From an uncultured archaeon (lineage in GTDB: Archaea; Asgardarchaeota; Lokiarchaeia; Sigyniarchaeales; SOKP01), in assembly GCA_964486045.1 (NCBI GenBank), contig CAZALK010000001.1, forward strand, positions 32,001-96,000: a stretch of 64,000 nt of DNA. The letters are read 5' to 3'. Shown here in pieces: positions 42,496 through 51,209 of this stretch (positions within the stretch are counted from its first letter, which is position 1; the number at the start of each line of letters is the position of its first letter). Position numbers and translations under genes: made by a program. Below the pieces are notes generated by a model. It did no database searches and had not been told where the DNA came from. It saw only the letters and a list, made by a program, of their open reading frames with translations.

Positions 42496-44178
42496 ATGTC
42501 AAACAGAAAACAAATTTATTTCATATTTTCTATAAAGAATTTGTTAATTGTATTGCTAATTATTTCACTTATAATTCCAGTTTTTGTGGGAAATTTAAAA
42601 AACAAAACTATATACGATGATCAACCTTCTGAAAGTGCTCTCAGCAGTAGTGAGTTCACAAAAGATAATTATAGTGCTATATTGACCGAAGATGATCATG
42701 GATTAGGATCTGTTTCAGTTGATGATATGCATTTTCCCCTACATCCATGGGGTATTGTAAATCATACTGAATTCTATCCTCTACTTGACAATGATTGGTC
42801 ATCAGGGGCTTTAACCATGGAGGAACCTAAAATTGATTTCATTGAAACTATCAAACCAGCCATTAATGACAATATAAATGGCACCAATATAATCACGATC
42901 ACCGTCAAATTAAATGAAAGTATGTCTGTTTCATATAATAACTCACAGGAAGGTTATCTGATCTACTTTCCTCGTTTTTCTCGAGCAAAACTACTGGAAT
43001 TTTATGTAAATGACGGTAATTCTATAATTAAACTGACTGAAGGAATAAACTATACAATAGATGAAACTGGATTTCTTGTTTTCTATTATGAGGACTATTT
43101 CCAACAAGGATCAATCTTTAATTTTAAAATGGACCTAATTTGGGAATATGATCTTGCTCTTGGGGATTGGACATTGGATCAAAGGGAAGAAACTCCTTTA
43201 ATAATGAGGGAATCTGAGCAAGAATTTACTTCACGATTTACTTACCAATTCTTCCTAATAGGATGGGCAGTAACCTCAAATCTGGAAGAATCCCAGCCAT
43301 TTGACTATATAAATGCTGCTTTAACAATACACCCCCCGGATAAGGATTTATTGACTTATCAAGACTTTATCATTAATGGGGATGATGTGAATATTAATAA
43401 TTATGTAAATCCTGATAAAAGTATTAGTATTGAATTATCTGATTTGTTCGGACTAAACAGAAGTTTTATCTCGTTGAATTTTACTTTTCCTTTTAGTTTA
43501 AAGTTTGGAGAATCAGTTGGAAACTCTTGGGCTATTGACAGACTTGTAGCTGAGAGGAATATAAGGGAGAGAATTTACTTTATTTCAATATCTACTGGCC
43601 CAACACATGTTTTTTTGAAGAATGTAGCACTTTATGACACTGGGATTCTTATTGATGAAGTTTTAGGTGCTAACTCGTTATTCAATAGAGAGGTTCTCTT
43701 TTTTGATGCAAATGCTTCAGTTCCGAGACAGTCGGGTTTGAAAGTGAATATGCCGTATCTGATATTTGGTGAAACATGCCCGTTTACGATCAAATATCTC
43801 GCTACACAGACACTTAATATCATCGTTACGGATGTAATTAAAATGCCATTAGTAGGAGTTACTATTGAAATCCTTCTTTTTGGGGCAATGTACGGAACAT
43901 ATGTTTCCAACAAGAGTATACAACCAATTAACCCGGGTATAACTGATGTAAATGGGCAAGTTGTGTTAGATGATGTTCCTCGTGGAAATTATACTGTGAG
44001 AGTGATATGGCAAGGAAAAGTAGTAAAAGAAACCACTGTTACAACAGATAAGGAAATAAATTATGTTTTTACAAGTGTTCCTCATTTCCCTCTTTGGATA
44101 TTAATTTTTGGGATGACAAGTGGAATTATTTTAGCTGTAGGTGCCATACTCTATCTTAAAAATAAAAAATTTCGTTAA
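42496..44178 (+). CDS. Exported, C-terminally anchored surface protein with carboxypeptidase-regulatory-like domain
   Basis: Signal-like N-terminus, TD.NGQV.L.DVPRGNYTVRV.W.G, C-terminal TM and basic tail. Confidence 0.8.
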   Translation: MSNRKQIYFIFSIKNLLIVLLIISLIIPVFVGNLKNKTIYDDQPSESALSSSEFTKDNYSAILTEDDHGLGSVSVDDMHFPLHPWGIVNHTEFYPLLDNDWSSGALTMEEPKIDFIETIKPAINDNINGTNIITITVKLNESMSVSYNNSQEGYLIYFPRFSRAKLLEFYVNDGNSIIKLTEGINYTIDETGFLVFYYEDYFQQGSIFNFKMDLIWEYDLALGDWTLDQREETPLIMRESEQEFTSRFTYQFFLIGWAVTSNLEESQPFDYINAALTIHPPDKDLLTYQDFIINGDDVNINNYVNPDKSISIELSDLFGLNRSFISLNFTFPFSLKFGESVGNSWAIDRLVAERNIRERIYFISISTGPTHVFLKNVALYDTGILIDEVLGANSLFNREVLFFDANASVPRQSGLKVNMPYLIFGETCPFTIKYLATQTLNIIVTDVIKMPLVGVTIEILLFGAMYGTYVSNKSIQPINPGITDVNGQVVLDDVPRGNYTVRVIWQGKVVKETTVTTDKEINYVFTSVPHFPLWILIFGMTSGIILAVGAILYLKNKKFR

Positions 44179-44184
44179 TTCATA

Positions 44185-44511
44185 TTGATCGTTATTTTTT
44201 GTGATAATATTGATGATTTCATTATATTTTTAGACAAACGTACTATGAATGAGATATTTTACGAGTTTAAAGAAATCACAAGTGATTCTCTTGCCAGTCA
44301 AATAAATATCGAAATTATTCTTCATTTTCTTGCCAAAGTAGAAAGTACTATGATTTTATTCGAAACTAAACAAAACATTACGAAATCAAAAAACTCTGAT
44401 ATTGATATTGAAGTAGTAAAAACATTAAAAAGTTTATTTGGGAGTGTTGACCCGTCATTAAGACTAATTAAGGGAAAGATACGAGAAATTTTTCTCTCAT
44501 TTTCTTCATAG
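44185..44511 (+). CDS. Hypothetical protein
   Basis: 108-aa ORF 6 bp after the upstream gene. Confidence 0.7.
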   Translation: MIVIFCDNIDDFIIFLDKRTMNEIFYEFKEITSDSLASQINIEIILHFLAKVESTMILFETKQNITKSKNSDIDIEVVKTLKSLFGSVDPSLRLIKGKIREIFLSFSS

Positions 44512-44549
44512 ATTTGGTGTATCTTTTACTTTTAACCGTTTGTTTTTTG

Positions 44550-46154
44550 CTAATTATGGTTTATTGCTTCACCATAACCTATTAAACGATAACGTCTATT
44601 TATGATTCGAGATATTGCGTATATGAAATCTTCAGGAGGACAGATAGGTGGTGTGAGTTTTATTATTGTACTGTTCTTCAAAATTTTTGTCACAGTTCCG
44701 GCTGTTTTTTCAGTTCCAACAACTAATAGCAATTTTTCACCATGTTTAAGTGGTTGAACCTTCATTTGAACTTCTGATCCAATTACGTTATCTAACAGAT
44801 TGACTTTTAATTCAATTTCTTTAAGGATCTCGGGGAGCGTTCCTGGTTTTCCAACTAAATTTCCAATTAGATGATCACCTTTGGTTAATGCTGGATCTAA
44901 ATTCGTACCTAAACCAATCAGCCCACCAGGTTTAGCTCTTTTTAATTGTTTAGTTCCCTGGCTAATGCTTACAACATTTGATTTGATTGGGATATATTCA
45001 TCTTTAATGTGTATACCAGGCTTTATTTCGATTTGAGATCCAATTTCAACATTACCTTTCAGAACAGAACCCCCAATCACTCCACCTTGTAAATCTACAA
45101 GTGCCTTTCCAGGTTTATTAATATCAAATGACCGTGCAATTAAAAATTGAAAAGTTTCCGACTCATTAAATGTAGGAGTGGGGATTATTTCCTCAAAAGC
45201 TCTAACGACTAAATTTAAGTTAGCTTCAAAAACTGCCGAGAGTGGTATGATCGGAGCATTTTCCGCAACAGTCCCTTTTACAAATTCTTTAATCTGTTGA
45301 AAATTCTCTAAAGCTTGGTCTCGGGAAACAGCATCAATTTTATTCTGTAAAATGATAATTCTTTTAATCCCTGCAATATTTAATGCAGCTAAATGCTCGC
45401 GTGTTTGAGGTTGGGGGCATGATTCATCTGCAGCTATTAGTAAGCAAGCCCCATCCATTAATGAGGCACCACTTAACATAGTTGCCATTAAAATCTCGTG
45501 ACCCGGTGCGTCAACAAAAGATATATTTCTTTTAAACTCTAAATTCCTTTTACATTTTTGACATGTAAACCGAGGTTGACCTTTTGCTCTTCTCTGCTCG
45601 ATTAAATGAGCCGTAGTATATTCATCACAGGCAGGACAATACAGAATTGTGGCATTAGAATAGCCAAGTTTTATTGAAATGCCCCTTTCTTGCTCTTCAG
45701 AATGTCGGTCAGTCCAATCTCCAGTTAAAGATTTAATAAGAGTTGTTTTTCCATGGTCTACATGCCCAACAAGCCCAATATTGCATTCTGCTTGTTGTCC
45801 TATCAAATCTTTTATTTTTTTTCCCTTATCTTTTGAAGCCGATTTTAGCTTAGCTTTCATTGTTGGTTTCGGTTTAGGAATTGGTTTAGACTTAGGAGTT
45901 GGTATTGATTTTTTACTTTTTTTTTCTGCTACAGATGTAGTGGATTTTTCTTTTTCGCTTATTTCTTCAAGGAATTTTTTTGCTTTTGCTATAATTTTTT
46001 CAGCAGTTGCTTTACCAACACCTTTAATTTTTAACTTTACTAAATCTACGATCTTTATTCTAACTAATTTTTCAATTGAATCTATCCCAGCCGCTTTCAT
46101 TTTGTCTGCGAGGGTTTTCCCAATTCCTGATACATCTTCTAATTCAAAAGACAT
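44550..46154 (-). CDS. eif2g: Translation initiation factor 2 gamma subunit with N-terminal HhH extension
   Basis: QAECNIGLVGHVDHGKT, RGISIKLGY, Zn knuckle, DAPGHE, PQPQTREH, QNKID, RLIGYG. Confidence 0.96.
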   Translation of the reverse strand: MSFELEDVSGIGKTLADKMKAAGIDSIEKLVRIKIVDLVKLKIKGVGKATAEKIIAKAKKFLEEISEKEKSTTSVAEKKSKKSIPTPKSKPIPKPKPTMKAKLKSASKDKGKKIKDLIGQQAECNIGLVGHVDHGKTTLIKSLTGDWTDRHSEEQERGISIKLGYSNATILYCPACDEYTTAHLIEQRRAKGQPRFTCQKCKRNLEFKRNISFVDAPGHEILMATMLSGASLMDGACLLIAADESCPQPQTREHLAALNIAGIKRIIILQNKIDAVSRDQALENFQQIKEFVKGTVAENAPIIPLSAVFEANLNLVVRAFEEIIPTPTFNESETFQFLIARSFDINKPGKALVDLQGGVIGGSVLKGNVEIGSQIEIKPGIHIKDEYIPIKSNVVSISQGTKQLKRAKPGGLIGLGTNLDPALTKGDHLIGNLVGKPGTLPEILKEIELKVNLLDNVIGSEVQMKVQPLKHGEKLLLVVGTEKTAGTVTKILKNSTIIKLTPPICPPEDFIYAISRIINRRYRLIGYGEAINHN

Positions 46155-46278
46155 TTTGGTATAAAATCTAAGTATTGTAACTGCCGTATAATTAGTTTCC
46201 TATAAAAGATAAGTAAAGATTTTTTATTAAATTAATCAATAAACCGTTTTAATTTATAAAAATTTAAGTAAAAATTAT

Positions 46279-46497
46279 CTATCTAGTTTGAATTGTAGTT
46301 TTACCGCCAGATTTCTTTTCTAGCTCCTTATATGAAACTCTCAAAAGGCTATCTACATAGAAAGTTGATAATTTATTACAAGTGTGACACGTAATATAAA
46401 AAGGGGCCGGATATTGGCTAGAATCTATATCTTTCGTTTCAATATTAAACGTAATTTTATTATTACAGTGTGGGCAGGTGTTGAATCTCAAAGGCAT
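46279..46497 (-). CDS. Small zinc-binding protein
   Basis: CPHC...YPAP...CHTC...YVDS. Confidence 0.7.
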   Translation of the reverse strand: MPLRFNTCPHCNNKITFNIETKDIDSSQYPAPFYITCHTCNKLSTFYVDSLLRVSYKELEKKSGGKTTIQTR

Positions 46498-46603
46498 GAT
46501 ATAATAATCCGACTTTTTCTTTTTATAATAAATAGATTCTTATTCTTTTTTTATTATTTCTTAAATTAAATAAAAGTTAAATACATTTTATTATTGAGAT
46601 TAA

Positions 46604-48796
46604 ATGTTAAATTTCTATTCAAAGAAGCTCAAATTTTTTTGCATATTCCTTTTGATTTTTTTACCGATTATTGGCTTAACCTTTAAAATTTCTTCTCATA
46701 ACATGAAAACAGCAAATCGTTTAGAAGTAAATCCTTCCATAAGCGGATATCCTGAAGTCGATTTATCATTTATCCCTGAAACTGATTATAGTTACTTAAA
46801 TGATTCATGGTATAATCCCAAAATTGAAATGTTGATTATTTCACCGAATGAAAATTTTTCTGCCGAGTTAAACCGCTTAATGGAGTGGAAAAATGAAAAA
46901 GGAGTAAAAACCGTAATTTTGGACGATTTTTCATTATATGAAGGCGTAGATAAGGCAGAAAAAATCAGAAATATGATTAAAACTTATTATGAGAAAGAAA
47001 ATATACAATGGGTTCTTTTAGCAGGTGATGCTCAAGACGATTTGATTCCAATTAGAGAAGTTTATAATCCCGATGTTATTAGGTACCAACCCTCAACAAG
47101 AGAATCTGTTGGTGGTGAGAATTATAAACCTACGGATCTTTATTATGCCGATTTGACAGGTAGCTGGGATAGTGATGGGGATGGTAATTGGGGGGAAGCT
47201 CCTCAAGATAATTCATTTGGATTAGACGAAATCTCATGGATTCCGGAAGTTTATGTTGGACGATTTCCAGCAAACGATGTTAACGAACTTGGAATAATGG
47301 TTAATAAAACATTAAAATATGAAATTGATCCGTTTATTGGCCCTTGGTTGAATAAAATGCTGTTAGCTGGTGCGATTTCAGGCTTAACTCCATCAGTAGA
47401 GGATGAAGCAGTTCTAATGTCATATATTTCTAGTAACTACGTGCAAAATGAGATGGATTTCACTCATTTACATAGAACCGTTTCACCTTATGATCCCCCA
47501 GTACCTCCTGCACCAAACCGTCAAGAAGGTCTTACAAAGGAGAATATCTTTGATGAGATGAATTTAGGATATTCTACTGCTATTATTGGAAGTCATGGAT
47601 ATTTTTTAAATTTTCAGGACAGTTATGGTGGAAATATTTTAACCCTTCAACAAGTCAATGCCTTAACTAACACTAATATGCCTTTTTTATTCTATGGTGA
47701 TGCTTGTACTACCTCCAGTTATGATATTAATGATAATAGTATTGGGGAAGCATTGATAAAGAAAGATAATGCAGGTGCGATTGGAGTGATAGGTTCATTA
47801 AGAGTTAGTTGGTATTTTGAAGAGGATTATAGTCTAGCGGCGTTAAATCGGGGGAATGCAAAATTATTTTGGAAAGAGTTCTTTGAAAATAAAAAATTTC
47901 AACAAGGAAGAGCTTTATATGATTCAAAAGTCGCATATATCAACAGCGATTATTATAAAATTGGAAGTCAAATAGGAGATAAAATTATACAAGGATCAAC
48001 TATTTATGATTATGAACGTAAAAACTTATTAACATATAACCTCTTAGGTGATCCTGAGGTTGATATTTACACAAATATACCACAAAACGCATCAAATCCT
48101 TTTAATATGAGCATTTATGAAGGACAATTAATTTCAGTTATTATTAAAGATATAAATGGTAAAATTATTCCCCGCGCTAGAGTTCACTTAGAAAGCTCTG
48201 ATGGTAAAGATTATACTGAATATGCTGACGAAAATGGATTACTGAAGCTTCAACTTCTAACCCAAGAAAATGAAACTTATAATGTAACAATAACTGGTCA
48301 CAACCTGAAACGATCTTCATTTAATTTTACCACAATTCCCGATAATGATAAACCTGAATTACGCAAGTTGACACGCACTCCTAAACATCCCTTCACTTCA
48401 GATAAAATAACATTCGATATTGATGTTGTTGATAATTATTCGGGAATAGAAAGTGTATATTTGATTCTCTCTAAAGATAATTTTACAACTTTTAACTACT
48501 ACTCTCTCTCAAATATTCTCTTAGAGAATAATGATAATTTAGCAATTACTATTGATCAATTATTTTCAGGGGATTACTCCTTCCTCATTTATGCAAGAGA
48601 TTATGCAAATAATACGAATATTTTTTATAATGACAGTTTCAGATTTTCTATCCCAAAACCTATTATGGACTATATTCTCCCTGTTTCTTTGGTAGTTATT
48701 ATTGGAATTACTGGAATTTCTAGTTATGTCTTATTTAAAGGTATGAAGAAACATTCTCTTATGAGTAGGGATCCAGAATCATCTGAAGTGATTTAG
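46604..48796 (+). CDS. Peptidase C25 (gingipain-like), membrane anchored
   Basis: WVLLAGD, TDLYYADL, PEVYVGRFP, His-Cys dyad SHG/DAC, YNLLGDP; signal-like N-terminus and C-terminal TM. Confidence 0.92.
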   Translation: MLNFYSKKLKFFCIFLLIFLPIIGLTFKISSHNMKTANRLEVNPSISGYPEVDLSFIPETDYSYLNDSWYNPKIEMLIISPNENFSAELNRLMEWKNEKGVKTVILDDFSLYEGVDKAEKIRNMIKTYYEKENIQWVLLAGDAQDDLIPIREVYNPDVIRYQPSTRESVGGENYKPTDLYYADLTGSWDSDGDGNWGEAPQDNSFGLDEISWIPEVYVGRFPANDVNELGIMVNKTLKYEIDPFIGPWLNKMLLAGAISGLTPSVEDEAVLMSYISSNYVQNEMDFTHLHRTVSPYDPPVPPAPNRQEGLTKENIFDEMNLGYSTAIIGSHGYFLNFQDSYGGNILTLQQVNALTNTNMPFLFYGDACTTSSYDINDNSIGEALIKKDNAGAIGVIGSLRVSWYFEEDYSLAALNRGNAKLFWKEFFENKKFQQGRALYDSKVAYINSDYYKIGSQIGDKIIQGSTIYDYERKNLLTYNLLGDPEVDIYTNIPQNASNPFNMSIYEGQLISVIIKDINGKIIPRARVHLESSDGKDYTEYADENGLLKLQLLTQENETYNVTITGHNLKRSSFNFTTIPDNDKPELRKLTRTPKHPFTSDKITFDIDVVDNYSGIESVYLILSKDNFTTFNYYSLSNILLENNDNLAITIDQLFSGDYSFLIYARDYANNTNIFYNDSFRFSIPKPIMDYILPVSLVVIIGITGISSYVLFKGMKKHSLMSRDPESSEVI

Positions 48797-48942
48797 GAGT
48801 TTTTTTGGCTATTAAGGTTTAAGCCAAAGGAAGTACCATTCTAGGTAAGCTAAGTCAGCTTTTAAAATGGATTCTAATCATAAATAGAAAATTTAAATTA
48901 CTCGTTTTATTTAATAGTTTATAAAAAAAGAAAATAGCAACA

Positions 48943-49635
48943 ATGAAAAGAAGGAAAATTAAAGCTCCGATTAAACGAGTAAAAGAACACTCGACTAAGA
49001 GAAAAATCATTGTAACCGTAATATTACTTGGATTAGCCTTCTCTGGAGCCTTTATAGTATATTTCTTTATGCAAGTAGTTTTAAACACTAAAACTCCGAT
49101 GGTAGTAGTTGTTTCAGAAAGCATGAGACCTAATTTACTCGAAGGAGATTTGCTATTTTTAAGAGGAGTCAATCCAGAAACAATAAGGAATGGTACAATT
49201 GAAGGAAAAGAGGGGGATATAATTGTGTTTGATGCGCGTGGATTACAAGGCTTTAATGACGACTTAGTAGATCCTATCGTTCATAGAGTTATTGATAAGG
49301 AATATGACAATGGCTGGTTTTTTTTGACAAAGGGGGATCACAATGATCACCCTGATCAGGGGTGGGTTCCAGAAACGAGAATATTAGGAGTAGTCGTAGG
49401 TAGAATTCCGTATATTGGTTGGGTAAAAATCATTCTTACTAACTCAGGACTATTAATTCCGTTGTTAGTAATTGTCTCCATTTTACTTGTTGTAAGTGTA
49501 GTATGGGATATTGTTAAGAAAGACCCAGATAAAACAAGTGAAGATGCTAAAAATATGATTTACGATGAGAAGAAAATAAAAACGGTAATTGAATTTGATT
49601 TTACCAAGTCCGAAGAACATAAACCTTTCGAGTAA
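48943..49635 (+). CDS. Signal peptidase I, archaeal/ER type (S26B, Sec11-like)
   Basis: VVVSESMRP, GDIIVF, PIVHRV, TKGDHN, IPYIGW. Confidence 0.95.
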   Translation: MKRRKIKAPIKRVKEHSTKRKIIVTVILLGLAFSGAFIVYFFMQVVLNTKTPMVVVVSESMRPNLLEGDLLFLRGVNPETIRNGTIEGKEGDIIVFDARGLQGFNDDLVDPIVHRVIDKEYDNGWFFLTKGDHNDHPDQGWVPETRILGVVVGRIPYIGWVKIILTNSGLLIPLLVIVSILLVVSVVWDIVKKDPDKTSEDAKNMIYDEKKIKTVIEFDFTKSEEHKPFE

Positions 49636-49734
49636 AAAATAATGGTCTTAACACTTCTAACAATTATCATCATTAACGTTTTGATATTCTTCGTATTTTT
49701 TGTTCTTGTAATATTAACATTCTTGCCAATTTAA

Positions 49735-50033
49735 ACTCTTTTTCACCAAAGAAAATTTTATAGGTTATTCAAATTATTTGAGGAAATAATCCCAGGTTAT
49801 CAATCAATATTGATCAATTATTCTCAGGTGATTACATATTCTTTATTCTGGTAAGAGATTCTGCGAACAGTACTCAAAAATTTCTGGACATTGCTTTCAA
49901 ATTTAATATTCCAACACCTATAATAGATTATATTTTTCTTATCTCTTTAATCTTTATTGTTGGAATAACTGGAATTTCTACTTTCCTAGTTTATAAAGGT
50001 ATAAGGAAATATCCGAGTACTTTTGGAAATTAA
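49735..50033 (+). pseudogene. 3' remnant of a paralogue of the C25 peptidase
   Basis: INIDQLFSGDYIFFILVRDSAN...IPTPIIDYI...GITGISTFLVYKG aligns with the C-terminus of 46604-48796. Confidence 0.85.
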
Positions 50034-50223
50034 GAATGAATTTCTTAGGTTAATTAGAATGACTTGAATCCTTTCTTTTTCCAGATAAAGTAAATGTAAA
50101 ATTGAATTAATTATTCCAAAGATACTAAATCAAAAAAATAGCTACAAGTTCGTTTTTAACCTTTTAAATTTAACCTTTCTAATGAAAAAATTTAATTATT
50201 AAGCTTTATTATTTCTATTTACT

Positions 50224-50281
50224 TTTTACCAAATAAGAAGGTATTTACCAAGTAAATAACCAGACTTATTGGATGGTAAAA
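50224..50281. other. Long bulged inverted repeat upstream of the 5S-like RNA
   Basis: TTTACCA/TGGTAAA, AATAAG/CTTATT, GGT/ACC, ATTTAC/GTAAAT nested around a CAA loop. Confidence 0.55.
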
Positions 50282-50290
50282 TTGTGGTTT

Positions 50291-50503
50291 TATGACCACA
50301 TAAATAGATAACGTTAAGTTAAGCGCTGGAAGTTAAACTTATTCGCGTTGTAGATAGTACTGCAGTTGATATCTGTGGGAAACTACAAACTGTGAGTTCG
50401 CTCACGGTCATGGTGATTTAGGATAATACCCGGTCCCATTGGGGCAGGGATAATACCCGGTCCCGGGAAACCGAACCCGGAAACGCTTATTTATGTGGTT
50501 ATA
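50291..50503 (+). rRNA. Circularly permuted, expanded 5S rRNA-like RNA
   Basis: 3' half of 5S (GGAAGTTAA...loop E AGTA/GAAA...helix I strand) precedes the 5' half (CTCACGGTCAT...ATACCCGGTCCCATT) via TTCG; loop C motif CCGAAC at 50471-50476; 17-bp terminal stem. Confidence 0.8.
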
Positions 50504-50605
50504 TAAAACTTACTTACTGATATTATATATTTTTGATTAAAAATAATTTTTTTATGTGATCAATTATGATATAGATCATAATAATTAGTGCTAAGGTAAA
50601 AGAAT

Positions 50606-51148
50606 TTGCCTAAAAAATACATTGTTTTTTTTAAAACTATTGGTCGGAAATGGTTCGCTTTTCTTGTGATAATCATCGTAATTATTGCTTTTTTTAACCT
50701 AATTGCAGCAATCTGGATGGCTGCTATTACTATAGTATTGTTTGCTTTATCATATATTCCTAGATTTTTCTTTAAAAATAAATTACACAAATTCATGAAG
50801 GGGTTTTATAAAATCGAAGACGAGCTAATCGCACGGAAGCTCAGAAAACCTCTTGAGAAAGTTAGAGAAGAAATGTTTGAATTGTCGCAAAATCAAGAGA
50901 AAAGAAAATGGTTAATTGTATTTTTAAATAAACAGTATATATACTACCATATTGAAACTATTGATGTATTTAAAAAAGTCTACAATAAGGGATATACTGA
51001 AAAGGAGATACTCGATAATTTAAAAGATTACAAAGTAAATACCAGGATGGAAATAAAAGCGATAAGTGAGAATTTAATAAAACTTAAAAGGCTTAACGAG
51101 AGAGAAATCTCAGTAAAAGAACGTAAACAAAAGCAGAGATTTACGTAG
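50606..51148 (+). CDS. Hypothetical membrane protein (2 N-terminal TM)
   Basis: Two hydrophobic helices followed by a basic soluble domain. Confidence 0.8.
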   Translation: MPKKYIVFFKTIGRKWFAFLVIIIVIIAFFNLIAAIWMAAITIVLFALSYIPRFFFKNKLHKFMKGFYKIEDELIARKLRKPLEKVREEMFELSQNQEKRKWLIVFLNKQYIYYHIETIDVFKKVYNKGYTEKEILDNLKDYKVNTRMEIKAISENLIKLKRLNEREISVKERKQKQRFT

Positions 51149-51209
51149 AATAATTAAATAATTATTATTATTAATGAAAATTGGACGTCCCTATCGATTT
51201 CTGGTATTT

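Noticed and set aside
50328-50440. 5S-like locus as a plain tandem array of two broken 5S genes
   Set aside because: The spacer is exactly a UUCG tetraloop and the whole unit is enclosed by a dedicated 17-bp stem. This fits one folded RNA better, though read-level checking is still needed.
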